A stretch of 64,000 nt of DNA from Schmidtea nova (taxonomy: Eukaryota), in contig CM097882.1 of the NCBI GenBank assembly GCA_044892505.1, positions 184,202,001-184,266,000 of the forward strand, read 5' to 3'. Every line of letters starts with the position of its first letter. The stretch's first letter is position 1. The notes beneath the pieces are model-generated. The model ran no database searches. It worked only from the letters and a program-made list of their open reading frames with translations, and had not been told where the DNA came from. This document shows, one piece after another, positions 1 to 13,554 of the stretch. Position numbers and translations under genes: made by a program.

Positions 1-673
1 AAATTATTTAATTATTGTGCATTAATTATTATTGTAATTATTAATTAATTATTTTATAATGACAATAATTTTAATATTAAAATACTTGACATTTATTGTG
101 CATATTTTTAATTATTTTTTATATTTAAGGTAAACTTCTCCCGAATTTTTGCCGATCATCAATTCATGATAATAAATGCATTGAATTAATGGGGAAATAT
201 TATCGATATTTGTATAAAGGAGTCACATTTTTATGTCCCGTATGTAAGACAACCCAAAATTTGACTTTTTTGAACTCTTATGATGACCATAGGGAGCATT
301 TAAAGAAATTTAGATCTTCGAAAAAAATCCATTTTTAATTTAACAATTAATAATAGTGATAGTAATAGTGATAACAATATTATTAATAATAAAAAAAAAT
401 CCTTATCGATAATCCTTTATCCACAAAAGTTAGAAAATTAAGTAATATAGACGAGGTAATGTCCGATTTGAAAATTCTTTCCGACTCTGACACAAGTTCT
501 AATAATGACATTAACACCATAGATGTTCAATATGGTGGGTCCCTTCTTCCTAACGTTAAATTTGATTTAAGAAAATCTCACGCAATTGTGAAAATGGATG
601 TTTCTCACTTGGCTTTGAAAACTTTAATTTTACCTGTATTTTAATTAATAAATTAAATAATGTTATTAATGAG

Positions 674-3362
674 ATGGGTTCAGTGAAAATACAATTTTGT
701 ATTGACGTTGAGTTTGAAAAAGATGGAGAATTTCAATTCTTCATAATTTCAAATTCTGCGAGACCTATGAGTGATACATTTTTTGACGAGGGTATCACTC
801 TTTTAAATGAAAAAATAGCATTAATTAACGATAAAGGGAGTAATTGGGTTATTAACAAAGTTAATGAAATCCATTTCGTTGCTCAAATTAGTCGATTGAG
901 TGGGCATGGTCACATTGAAACCCCTCAATCTTTACAATTAAAATATTGTACGGTAAATGTAAGAAATTCTGACGACTTGTGTTTCATTTATAGCATTTTA
1001 GCTATTTTGAAATATGATGAGGTAGATGATAATAGAAATAGAGCAAATAATTATAATATTAATGATCTTGACTTTGACCGTTCTGATTTACCGATGAGAC
1101 TTTGTAATATTCCGAAATTTGAGGTTAGAAATCCCGGACTTGCTAATAATGTTTTATCTTATGATGAAGATGCTCTTCTTGATACCTTTGAAAACCCTGA
1201 AGTTTTTAAACACCCTTGTGTCGATATAATTCATAGGTCGAAAGTTGTTGGTGGTACTCCTATTAACTTGATTTTGTTGGAAAGTGATGATGCATATCAT
1301 TATATTGCAGTCACCGATCTTGATAGGCTTTTGAATTATCGCAATCACTATTTTTCAGATACTCGCATACAAAGTATATGGTGTCATCAATGCTTGAATG
1401 GATTTAGAAAACAGGAAGCATTCAATTGTCATCAACAGTTGTGTGCTAAAAATCAATTAGGCACAACTCTTTATACTCTGCTTAGAAATGCAAATTTACA
1501 ATTTAGTAATTGGGGCAAAACAATTACCCCACCTTTTGTTGTTTACGCCGACTTTGAGGCCATTTTACCTACTGATGATAAATATTTTCAAAGACATGTC
1601 CCAATATTTGCTGGTCTGTTACTTGTAAATAACTTTACTGGAGAAAAGATTTACAAGAGTTTCTTAGGACTTTATTGTGTTTCTAAGTTTCTTTCTGAAA
1701 TTAGTGATATTTCTGAAACTATGGTTTATCCCCTTTATAAAAATAATTGTAAGAAACCACTTTTTATGACAGCGGCTAATCAACGAGCATTTTTAATGGC
1801 GGCAATTTGTTATCTTTGTAAGAAAATTTTAGTACAACTAGTCAGAGACCATGATCACTACACTGGTGAATATTTGGGTGCTGCTTGTAATTCTTGTAAT
1901 CAAACTCGTCGTTTATACAAGTTTATACCCGTTATTTTTCATAATTTAAAGGGATATGACTTGCACCATATTCTTAAATATGGTTTGGCTATTTTTAAAA
2001 CTTAGAAAATTTCTTGTACAAAATTTCTCTTCCAACAACTAGCGAAAAATTCTTAACTTTATCTGCAAGAGTTGGTGATTTAACCATTAAATTCATCGAT
2101 TCTTGTCAGTTTGTTAATTCTAGTTTAAATGACGCTGTTAAGACTTTTACTTGTTTGCCTTGACTAGATGTGAATTCACCGGGACTATTGTAGATTGTAA
2201 GGGTATTTTTCCTTATAATTTTGCAACATCTTTAGAAATTCTTAACAAATCTTATGAGTTTCCACCAAAATGTGTGCTCCGGGTTCAAAAGTTGAGAAGT
2301 TAATGCTTACGCATTATCCAAAGTTCAACTATGTTGTTCATTGGAGGCTTCTCAAGCTTTTTGTTTCTTTGGGTGTTAAAATAACACGAGTTCATCGTGC
2401 TGTTCAGTACAATCAGAAACCCATTTTAAAAAATATATAGATACAAACACTGAACTTAGGGCAGCTTCTTCTACGGCTTTAGATAAAAACTATTACAAAC
2501 TCTTGAATAATAGTCTTTATCGAAAAACGGTTGAAACTCTTAAGAAACGACTCAATTTACGACTATGTAATTCATCATCAAAACTGGTTACATATACTTC
2601 AAAACCTACCTTTAGAAAAACCTATAGGATTGATGATGACCTAGTTTCTGTCTTTCTTAATAAGGACTCTGTGTGTTTAGATAGACCCAGCTACATTAGT
2701 CAAACTGTACTGGATTTATCTAAACTTAAAATGTATCAACTCCAGTATGAAGAATTACAAAAATATCGTAATGAATTCAACTGTGAGATTGGTATAGTCG
2801 CTGGTGATACAGATTCTTTCTTCTTGGAAGTTAAGAACTGTAACTTGGATATTCTTTTGTCTGCTATGGTTAGGGAAAGGTTATTAGATACTTTGAATTA
2901 TGACGCAAATCATACCCTGTATTCGAAAAACCTAGATTACGTCATGGTAAATTCAAAGACAAGAATAAAGGATTCAAGTATGATGAGTGGGTATTTTTTA
3001 GGCCAAAGTGTTACAGTCTTTTAGGTGATGAAGAGTGCATTAAGGCTAAGTGTATAACATTGAAGGATACTAAATTAAATCATCAGTCGTATCGGGATTG
3101 TTATAATAATAATTCAATAGTTTCTGTTGATCAGTCGAGAATAGTTAGTAAGAATCATCAACTCTTTACTAATAAATATTCTAAAATTGCCTTGATTAAT
3201 CTTGATGACAAAAGACTTTGGGTGGATAAAAATGAAAGTCTTACATATGGACATTATAAAGGATTTGGCTCGTTTATAAATGAATCAAAAGATCAGTTTG
3301 GTGTTCCAGTTCCTGATCCAGCTCTCAATTCAAATTATATATCCAATTCAGATTTGTATTGA
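674..3362 (+). pseudogene. Protein-primed family B DNA polymerase (Polinton/Maverick/adintovirus type), fragmented
   Basis: ORFs 674-2005, 2503-3024 and 3060-3362 carry PFVVYADFE (ExoI), a CxxC..VRDHDH..CxxC zinc/endoVII-like insert, FHNLKGYD (ExoII), KLLNNSLYRKT (motif B), GDTDS (motif C) and the C-terminal NLDDKR. KGIFPY is read near 2200. Stops and frameshifts lie between the ORFs. Confidence 0.88.
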
Positions 3363-3869
3363 ATAAAACTTTGTTAAAAAATAATTGGTTTCATAATATC
3401 TAGTTTTATATTTATTTAGTTGATTATGTTTAATTATTTTCAAAGTTTTTATGTATTGTAATGATTTCAAACGGTTTTATCGTTCAGGGTTTTCATTTTT
3501 TGTGTGTCAATATTTTTATTTAATGTAAAAATAATTGTTTCTGTTTACAAATATTAATAAATGTCATCTGCTTTTATAGTTCCCCTCTGCTGAATAGTTT
3601 ATAAAATTTTGGCTACTCTCACAATTCTCGCATTCATTTCATCCATTTTCAAAGTTCTCACATTCGATTTTCTAAAGATCATTTTACCAAAATTATATAA
3701 TATATCAAAAGTTATCAATTAAAAAACAACTACTCGAAATGTTAGTCAGTACATTAAAACAAAAATGTCTTTCGATTAAGTAAAGACATGTTATCGTGTG
3801 TGTTACGAGTAATAATTAATGTGTTGTATGTTTTGACGTTACCAACAGTAGTCACTGCGGTTACACAAT

Positions 3870-4275
3870 GATGTATTTACCTTAGCAACAGGTTCCAAGG
3901 AGACAATACTTTAATGTGTATGTGCCTACCCTAGTAAAAGGTTCCTCGGGGATTATATATTGATGTGTGTTTACCCTGACAACAGGTTCTTCGGGGATTA
4001 TATATTGATGTGTGTATTTTCCTTGGCATCATCTTCCCCGGGGACTATATATTGATGTGTATGTATGTGGGTTTACCCAGGCAACATGTTCCTCAGGGAA
4101 GTCACCTTAATGTGTGTATTTACGTTAGCAATAAGTTCCTCGAAGAAAATACATTGGTGTGTGTTTAGCCTAGCAACATCTTCACCGAAGATTATATATT
4201 GATGTGTGTGCTTACCTTAGCAACATTTCCCCCGGGGATTGTGTTGTTGTGTGTTTTTACCTTAGCAACCATTGC
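3870..4275. repeat. Degenerate tandem repeat, about 9 copies of a 45-55 bp unit
   Basis: Recurring TGTGTG..TTACCYTRGCAACA..TTCCYCGGGGA..ATATATTGA units seen directly. Confidence 0.8.
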
Positions 4276-5761
4276 AATGTGAAAAAAACTGTGCTCGAGT
4301 CCTCACTATCTCTTACTGTAACAGGATACAATTTGTAATTATTCATCGTTCATTGATTTATTTATTTATGTATTGTCTTTTGGCTCTTGTCTTTTGGCTC
4401 TTGACGTTTTCTCTTTATACATTTAATGCATTTTCAACTACTTTTACTACTTTCTTTATACGATATATCGTTATACAATATTTACAAGACATCTATCATT
4501 TATTACATTTATGTTTCATCGAACTCAAGATGCAATTCTCGCATTCCCTATGTGGTCCATTCGTTGTTTCGTGTGTATCTGCTTCTGGTACTATCGAATT
4601 TATTACTGGTGATACCTTCATCCAACCTTTATTTGAGTGCGGTTTATTTTCATCAAATGTTTCATTTTCGTTATTATTATCTGGCTCCTGGTTGTCGTGC
4701 TTTACTTTGACGATTCCCGGTGGTTGTATTCGAGAATTTCGTTTCCTGTTTTCTGTCATTTCATGAAGTAGGACTCTTCGTTTTTGATAATTTATCATAT
4801 AACTTACATTTTTGCCATCTTTGTTCTTTCGTATATCATCGTTTTTGTCACTTGCGGTTCCTTTTGAAATGTCGTCCTCAACATTTATTATTATAATTAT
4901 TTTGTCCTCGTCATCTTCAGAATATCTTTCTATTGAACCTATCTAATCCTAACCCTAACCCATTTCTCTTCTACTTTTCGTTGTTCCCATCTCCTTTTAA
5001 TTCCACCCAGGGGTTTGCCCATGTCATTAGTTAATATTGTTGGGTTATTGGGTTGTTGGTGAAATGGTAAAAGTTACCAATCAAATATCTGACTCCAAAG
5101 CGTCCCTTTATATGACCCACAGTATAACAATTTCAATGAAACAAACCTTTATTGATTTTTACAATGAATTACACGATTCAAAATATCATGATCAATTCAA
5201 TATCTCTTTTGACAAATATAAGAGCTTATTACGACACTTCGTGAAGAATAGCTCTATTGTATAACGTCTAGAAAACTACAACTACTAACCACTGATTTTG
5301 ATTAAATATTGGTAATTGATTTCGATTGTTTCCTCGCTTGACTTTATTCCTTGCTCAATATTCTTTAGTTTTTTAACTTTTCGTCTGCTTAGCTTCCTTT
5401 GCCGTTGCAACATAATTTTTTATTTCTGCAACTGATTTAATAAAAAAAATTTCTTTTCGTATATTAAATCTTTCCTTTCGCATTTCAAATTCGTTTCATA
5501 TTTTCCACGTCAATTTTTAATTTCACTCTTGTTCAGGTTTTAATCTTTTTCTTTATCAATTTAAAATTCTCCACTAAATCTTGTCTACCACAATTTTTCT
5601 CTTACCAATTTTTAATTTCCAATAAATTTCGTCTCCACTTCTGTCTGAAACTTATATATTCTTCCCTTTTTATAACTCATCAAATTTTATGGCACAAGAA
5701 AAAATTTTTTTTGCATTTTGATTCCCAGACATCTTGTGTTTTCTCCGAATTCCCGTTTTCT

Positions 5762-7733
5762 CGGTGTTTCTCAAACTTTCTGGTACTTTGGAACCCTATC
5801 AATTTTTTCGTTTTCGTGGAACTCCTTCGGAAATTTTTATTACCAGATGAGTATTATCCACTTATATTAAATTCTCCTTTTTGATATATTTGTCAATCAA
5901 AAAGGGGGTGAATTTATTTTAAGCATTTTAAAAAGAGAAAATTTCATATTAATAAACTTTCATTGTAAATTATTTGAAAAACTGCAAGAATGAAAATAAA
6001 AATAAAGTTTTACACCAAATTGTTTCTATTTAAGTAAAAGTAGCAAAGAAATATTTTATTAAAATTAAATATATATTTTTAAAGAATACATTTTTACTAA
6101 TGTAAAATTGTTTGTTTTCGAAATGTATAACAAAACACTATTTAAATTCTATTTAGCCATAAACACATAAAGGATTCACTAAATTTACATTTTTTCATTC
6201 GTTACCGTCTAATAAACCAAATAAACAATTTAGATGGCTTTTATAACTAAAACGTAATTCATTGGTTCAAATATATAATTTACCATTTAAATAAAGAAGT
6301 TATCTAAAAAGATCCCCGCTTCATGAATATGTCTAAACAATATAATAGATATCTAATTTTCGGTTAATATGTATGCATATATGTGCAATATTTTATTAAT
6401 GAGTCAAATTTTTAAAATTGTGTGCATGCTGTTGCGTAATTATGTACTTTTTATGTTTACTTTCGTGTCATTAGCATAACAAAGAAAATTATTTTATTTT
6501 ATAAGCGTTTTAAAATATTCATTCTATAATTCATTACCCGAGTACAAACGCTCAATAATTCGAATTTCTCAAATATTCGAAATGAATTTGAACGTCCCAA
6601 AAAATTCGAATTATCGGAGTTTTACTGTATAAGTATTTAATAAAAAAATAATAATCCAAAAAAACATTTAATTAAAAAAACATTAATTTATGTATCAATG
6701 GGAAGAATGAGCTTGCAATGATTTGCATAAATCTTCAATATTTGGTGGAAGATTTGTAAATGATAATCTTACAATCGATATCAAATTTAATCTATTCCGT
6801 TGTTTAGTGTTGTTTAGTGACTGTTGAAAATCCGCTCTCACATAAATAAGTGGAAGGAAATGGGATAATACTTTGAATCACTTAAAACCTTGTACTTGCC
6901 ATTAATTTGGATCCAAAACTTAGCAAGTGATGAATTTTCTTTTACATTTTTCAATGTCACTTCTGATGAGAGATGAGCTAATAAATCTTACTCAACTATA
7001 GATTGGATATTTCTTGTATTTGTGAAATTGAATGGATCCTAAACCCATAATTTATCTGTTATCGGGTCTTGGATTACTGGAAAATATTCTTCAAATTTGA
7101 TTGATAAATTTTTTAAATGATTAACTATAATTATAATTAATTTATTGGAATTGTAATATTGGTTTCTATTTTTAGCTTCAATTATTTGATCCGTTAAGCA
7201 GCTGAACATATCGAAGTGGTTGTTTTCAACTCTCTGAATCCATAATTTAATTTTTTTCTTTTGTCTTTCTATTTTATTATAACTATCAAGCATTGTTTTG
7301 TATGTTCCTTGTAGTGCTAAGTTCAGTTCGTTCAACAGTTGAAAAATATTTGCAAGATAACATATTTTCATGTTCCACTCTATGTCCTTGAAGGACTGAA
7401 CTAGATCACTATTTTTACTTGATAGAAAGGCATTTATTTCTTCTCTTAGTTCATAAATTCTTTTTAATATCCGACCCCTGGATAACCAGCGAACTTCCGC
7501 ATGTAATAATAATGTTTTATGAGATGATCCCATTTCTTCGCACAATCTTTCTGTCAACAAATGCTTTAAACTCTAAACTTTAAAGCTTAAATTTCGAGCG
7601 AATAGTAATTTAATAATTTATAGTAATTTAATAAAATAAAAGTATTTGTTTTTAACTCTAAACTAAACTAAGTTATTAGAAATTATAGATATATTTTTAC
7701 TTACCATAACTTGTATAACAAAACATTTTAGAA

Positions 7734-7819
<86 letters not shown>

Positions 7820-8266
7820 TAAAAATTAAAATTTTCAAATGAACACGTAAATTTTTTTACGACCTGAAAATAACAAATAAAATTAATGAATTACTTAAAA
7901 TTAATATAAAAATAGCGGTGTACAATTGTATATTAATTGCCCGTTGATATATCTTATCGCGACTTATGACTGTTTTTTTATAAAACGAGTAGTTACCAAA
8001 GTAAAAATAAATTTTCAATTTTCATTAAAGATTTTTTTACATATATGTAAAGTAGGCCATGAAAAGTTTACAAATTTTTTTTCTACATTTTTTAACAGAA
8101 ATTTTTAAAAAATCCACGGAATTTTTCTAATGTTTAAAAATTTATTGAAATTCTAACTGAAACTCTCAGAAAAGAAAATCTATGGTTTCTTACATAAAAA
8201 TTCTAATTCGATTGAAATTTCACGCACAGCCCTTGGGTTCCGAGGAACAAAGTTTGAGAAATACTG
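5762..8266 (-). mobile_element. hAT (Charlie/Buster, ZBED5/FAM200-like) deletion derivative
   Basis: Inverted ends CGGTGTTTCTCAAACTTT (5762) and CAGTATTTCTCAAACTTT (reverse, ending 8266). The transposase fragment 6695-7560 has [13 protein letters not shown] and ends RNRLN...QAHSSH*. The TSD does not match. Confidence 0.75.
7737..7815. repeat. (TA)n microsatellite
   Basis: Pure TA run. Confidence 0.97.
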
Positions 8267-8480
8267 CTTTAGATCACTTTTTCTAGGGGTTATGGGGTGA
8301 GCTAGAGGGCTCTTATCTAGTGGGCTACTAACTATCTACTTACATGCATGTTGTCTCGGATGAGTCAAAGCGTGGACGTACATATTGTCGGAGCAACTGG
8401 TGGGGGAAGTCGTTTAAAGGGTAGAAAAAAAGTAGCGAATTTCTAAACGCATTTTGCTTTTTAATTTTTTTGTGCAATTA

Positions 8481-9300
8481 CACCCGGTTTCAAGCATTAA
8501 AAATAACTATGATACAAGTAGGTGTGCACACCTACTTGTTACTCATAGTTATTTTGTTTAATGTTTTATTTATTCATTTAGACATCGTTTTTCAATTAGC
8601 CATTTTTTTAAAAATGGCTGTCAGGTAATCTTATTTATCTAGATATCTTTTAATGCTTCTATTTTGATCTTACAATGATATAAGATCACTATAGAAGCTT
8701 TGAAAGTTTATCTTTATTCTTCATTGTTAATTTGATTTTATGTTTATTAGCATTTTTAGAAAATTATGAATTTTTATGAATGTTTTTGGAAATATTTCAA
8801 TAAACGTAAGTAAAAGAAAATTTTTTAACAACAGTTTATTAATTAAATCCATCAGTCTCCGAATATTTCAATTTTCTTGCAACATTTGGGGAAGAACCTC
8901 CGAATATGCTCATAATAATTCTTTAAATTTTTGTAGTCGTCCTTATCCAGCTCGTTATCAATTGCTTCTTTGATCAATAAAAATCTGTCTTGAAATGACA
9001 TTGAGCCAAATCCATTTGCTCTAGATATTACTTTTCTTATGCTGAACTTAACTTTGCTGAAGACGCTTTCAATCGGATTTAAGAAAGGGCTATATGGGGG
9101 CAAATTCACAATGAAATTATTTGGAGATAAATCATAAATTACGAAGTTCTTACCATATTATGTCTTCACATTCACGAAATGGAAGAGTTTCTGTAGAAAT
9201 TTCGGAAATATCGGAAATCCTATGAAATATTGAATTAAATATAATTTTTTAAAAAATCTTACGACGTATTTTCTCTTTCTCGAAAACTAACAGTCGATTC
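8481..9300 (-). mobile_element. Tc1/IS630-like element remnant
   Basis: ORF 8852-9109 has [12 protein letters not shown]. It is homologous in DNA and protein to the element at 55465-56470 and has a similar left end (TA-CACCCGGTTTCA). The right boundary is uncertain. Confidence 0.75.
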
Positions 9301-9759
9301 ATTTGAAGAGCATTCAAAATTCATATTTTTCACCAAAAAAAAATTTTATTATAAATATTTTAATCACGAAATGAGATGTACCCTTAAAAGTTTGCATGCA
9401 ATTTTTATTGTGTGTTGTGTTTGTGTGTATATCTTAATTTTTTTTACAGAATGTATATCACATATTAAAATTTTTAAACGACGAAATATCAAAATGCAAC
9501 ACCTACGTAAGTTTTCATTTACTATTGGTTATTTTTAATTTATATTATAGAAATTTTTAATGCATACACATCAAATCAGGTAAGAGCATATAGAAAATTA
9601 TGTATATAAATTTTAATTTTTGATGTTTTCGTTTTTGATTATTTCTAGTGGACTTATTATTCAACTATTTCGGAAGTGCGATAAACATAACATCTTTTCT
9701 AAAAACAGGTTACATTATTTAAAATTTTATAGATATTAATGATTGTAATCGTCATAAAA

Positions 9760-12633
9760 TGAGTGCTAAAAATGCGAAAAAATTACGAATGAAAATCTGG
9801 ATTTCAAAGAACGATGGGAAATTGAAAATTATGTATGTTTGCTATATGTAAAGAATATAATTTGAAGCACCATTATCAATCACAGCATGAAAAAATTATT
9901 CGCAATACACTAGTGATGCAAGAAACGTCATAACTGAAAAAAAACAATTTAAGCAGCAAACATCACTTATCACCTTCACAAGTAAGGCTAAGGATGCATA
10001 TGTGTCTGCTTCTTATGCAGTTGCAGAAGAAATTGCCAAAGCCAAAAATCCTTTTACTGATGGTGAAATTATTAAGAAGTGTGCAGTCAAAAAGGCTCAA
10101 GCATTTGAAGAAGAGAAAATGGTAAAACAATTTAGAGTTAATTTCTCTGCCTCATCAAACCATTGCGAGACTCATATTTAATATGGCCAACTTTTTAGTT
10201 GAAAAGTTAGCGGAATATAGTAAAAAATTGTATCGATCTTTTCAATTGCTCTTGATAAAATCACTGACATATTCCATACCAGTCAAATTCTGATTTTTTA
10301 CGGACAGTAGATGCAGATTTTAATGTTTCGGAGGAGTTATTGAAATTGGCTTGCATAGATTGAACAAAAGGTGTAGATATTTATGAAGAACTCAAAATTG
10401 TTATGTGCGTGTATGGTGGTTTTGAAAAATGTACTGTCATTGTAATTAAGGGAGAAATACCAATGGTTGGCAAAATTATAGGCCTCACTGGACTGATAAA
10501 ACAAAATGAGATTAATTGTCAAAGGTTGCACTGCATTATTCACCAGCAAGCTTTATGCGGAAACATTGTTAGATTAAGTTGCACGAATGCACAAAGAAAT
10601 GGAAACCGTCGTAAATTTAAAGAATTTATAAAAGAATTTTATGCCGAATATGCTGACCTACTTTTGCATATCCAAGTTCACTGGTTAAGCGCAGGAAATT
10701 CCTTTAAATGTTTTTGTCAACTTCGTAAACAAAATAAACTTTTTCTTATAAACAGTATTGGATTCATCATTTTTCGCCAGTTTTATTAGAAAAACATTTT
10801 TAATTTTATTAGAATCTTTAGCAGATATTTCCGGATATTTGAATATGTTGAACAAAAACTTTCAAGGCAAAGACCAAAACATAAGTCATCTAATAAGCCA
10901 TATCATCGGATACCGCAATAAGATACGTTTGCTTCGGTCACATTTGATCTATAACAACTTGGTGCATTTCGAGTGTCGCTATGAACTTGATCTCAAAACA
11001 CAAGAAATCGGTCATCAATAAAACTTGAAAAATTTTGCACCGTTTTTGAACAAATTAATTGAAGATTTTGATGCCATATTTTCTGATTTTGACCTAAAGC
11101 CGATTTAAAATTATTTAATAATCAGACTGCCGTCGAAGTAGAAGAAACCGATATTAAATATCAAATGGAACTATGTGAATTGCAAGCAGGCGAATCTTTT
11201 AAATCAAGGCCGGAGACTGGTGTAAATTTATTCAAAATGTTTCAAGAAAAATATCCGATATTTCGCGATTTAGGCTTAAAATTAATTTCTATGTTTGATA
11301 TTACATATATTTGTAAATGAGCTTTTCCTGACATGAAATTTATCAAATCTAAATGTAGAAATTCAATGACCGACAAACCATTAGAAGAAATTTTGAAGAA
11401 ATCTTGGATCATCCCGATTTTTTGACCCATTTCGATATCATTCCGATTTTTTGACCCAGAAATTTATTTTATAAATAAATTATAACTTATATTATTGTTT
11501 TAAATAAAATCACAATATTATAAAATCAGAAAATATCTTTTAAACATTAATAACATAACAAATTAATAACTTAGAACTTTTTAATCAAATGTAATGTTTT
11601 TTCAAAACAATCATTTTTGTTATTATCCAACCACATAAACTCCACAAGAAAATCTTCTCGGCAATTTTCTTTTATACCCCGTATTTCTTTTATCTTTAAC
11701 TTTATTTTGTTATTGTAACTTTCGATGTTCTGGGTGTGAACTCCATTTTTATAATCCACGAATTTATATTTATAACAATTGATTTGTGTTCATAAGATGC
11801 CTTTTTATCTACTTGGCTATAGATTTTGGCCTCATCTGTATAGATAATTGAACCTTTTCTCACATATTTCTCTATAATTGGTATTATAGTTTCAGCTTTC
11901 TTATCAGGAACAAGGGACATATAGCCTTTCGCTGGTGAAAAAGAGCAATCAACAATACCCGATGCCCAAATTTTTTTTTTTGGGGCTCTTCCTCTGTGTG
12001 CCTTCACCTTGTGATTTAGCATGGTTTCGTCTAACTGCGCGAGCTTTCCTGGACCTCCTAACAGAAAAGGATGCGTTTCGTAATGGTTTTTTATTGCTGA
12101 AATAAGCAATCGTCTTAGCTTTCGTATTAAATCTTCTTTAATTTTCACAAACTTCAAAATTTCAGCACTTTGCAACCCTTTCGACCAATAAAATAGAAAT
12201 TTTAAAATTTCTTTGAGAGGTATCCTCATCTTCTCAAAAAAAACTATTTTCTCTAACCGAAACATTATAATCTCGTTTTCTACACTGAGATAATCGGCAT
12301 CTCCAACACATACCATCATAATTTCTTTTTATCTTTACTAGTATCATTTCTTTTTGGCAAGAAGAGCATTTTAATTCATTCGTTAACATGCCATTGTCTT
12401 TCATAAAATATATGAGTTCTTCTTCATTCATTGTAATTATTCTATCGATATCCATTTTAAGGGGATTAATTAATATGTATTTTGCCCTGTTAAAATTTCA
12501 ATAAATATCATTTTTATTTAATTTTTATCCAACCCGGTTTTTTGACCCGATGGGTCAAAAAACAGGTTGGTCCGAAATCTTTTCAACCAAAATTGATATT
12601 AATATCGAAGCTCTTGTAGCTGACCATAAATAA
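9760..12633 (+). pseudogene. hAT transposase (SPIN/GTF2IRD2-like), decayed and interrupted by a Merlin element
   Basis: KEYNLKHHY-type N-terminus, RLHCIIHQQALC, VHWLSAG, and a C-terminal dimerisation-like segment (FIKSKCRNSMTD). The sequence resumes after 12581. Confidence 0.75.
11406..12573 (-). mobile_element. Merlin (IS1595-like) DNA transposon, full length, frameshifted
   Basis: 8-bp TSD GAAATCTT at 11398-11405 and 12574-12581. TIRs are GGATCATCCCGATTTTTTGACCCA and GGACCAACCTGTTTTTTGACCCA. ORF pieces 12234-12455 (CxxC), 11702-12319 (QLDET, IYTDE) and 11571-11759 (HTQNIES). Confidence 0.92.
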
Positions 12634-13554
12634 GCAGTTTTCTCATTAATAAATATGTTATCAAAATTATCTTTTTGTTTCACCTTTGATCTCTTTTTAT
12701 ATCAATGATTCCCATAATGGTATGACTATAGATCGAAGGTTTTTTAACAAGTACACAATATTTCGGCACAGCCTTTATTAAGAGTGTATTTCAATATGTT
12801 AATAATTTTTTTATTTAAGGTTTCTTAATTACTTGAACTAATAAAATACTAGAAAAATGTTATAAATGGCTTTTAGTTTAAAATTTTAAGCATAATGGTC
12901 CGCCAAACATATAAACAAAAAGAATGACACACACGTGCCGAGAAATTGGACAGCACTGATATAGGTGTTGGGCTAAATCTAAAATTAGTTTTGTTGAAGC
13001 GGTAACACAGCATGTAGAGAGCACGCAAGAAGTAAATTTAAAATTTGTTATGAGAAACACCAATTAAACAAAGTAATAATAGAACACATCAAAATAATTA
13101 AATGAAACACGTTTAAAGATTGAACTAAACAAATAGCATCATATACACGTTTGTAGATTTTCAATCAAAAATCAACTACAAGTAAGAAACATGCATTTAA
13201 AAGCGTGTTTTACTCGTTATTTGAATCTGAAATGAAGTGATCACATGTCATTGTGACGTTCATGTATATAAAACAAATAATGGATAATTCGGGTTCAAAT
13301 TATGAAAATTACTTTCAATGGTCAGTACAGGTATATTATTTTTATTTAATTATATTATTAATATTATTTAAGATTATTCAAAGTGAAATATGCCCCTGGG
13401 TTCAAAAAATGGACAATGGCAAAAACTAATAGACTTGGCTGAAAACAGTAAGACTTTTACGAAAACTAAAGAAAGATTTTAAAATATATTGAAGATAACA
13501 ATTGGACTCTGTAACATTTATGTTATTGTAAATTTAATTTATCGAAAATAAATG

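Noticed and set aside
3870-4275. 45-55 bp repeats as a CRISPR array
   Set aside because: The whole unit is degenerate, there are no distinct spacers, and no cas genes are present.
4940-4962. CCCTAA telomeric repeat
   Set aside because: Only two to three imperfect copies.
6963-6990. CTGATGAG as a hammerhead core
   Set aside because: No stem II or GAAA follows, and it lies within the hAT remnant.
13280-13554. Host gene interrupted by element 1
   Set aside because: A TATA-like site, an ATG and one GT donor are present, but the next frame has several stops and no recognisable motif.
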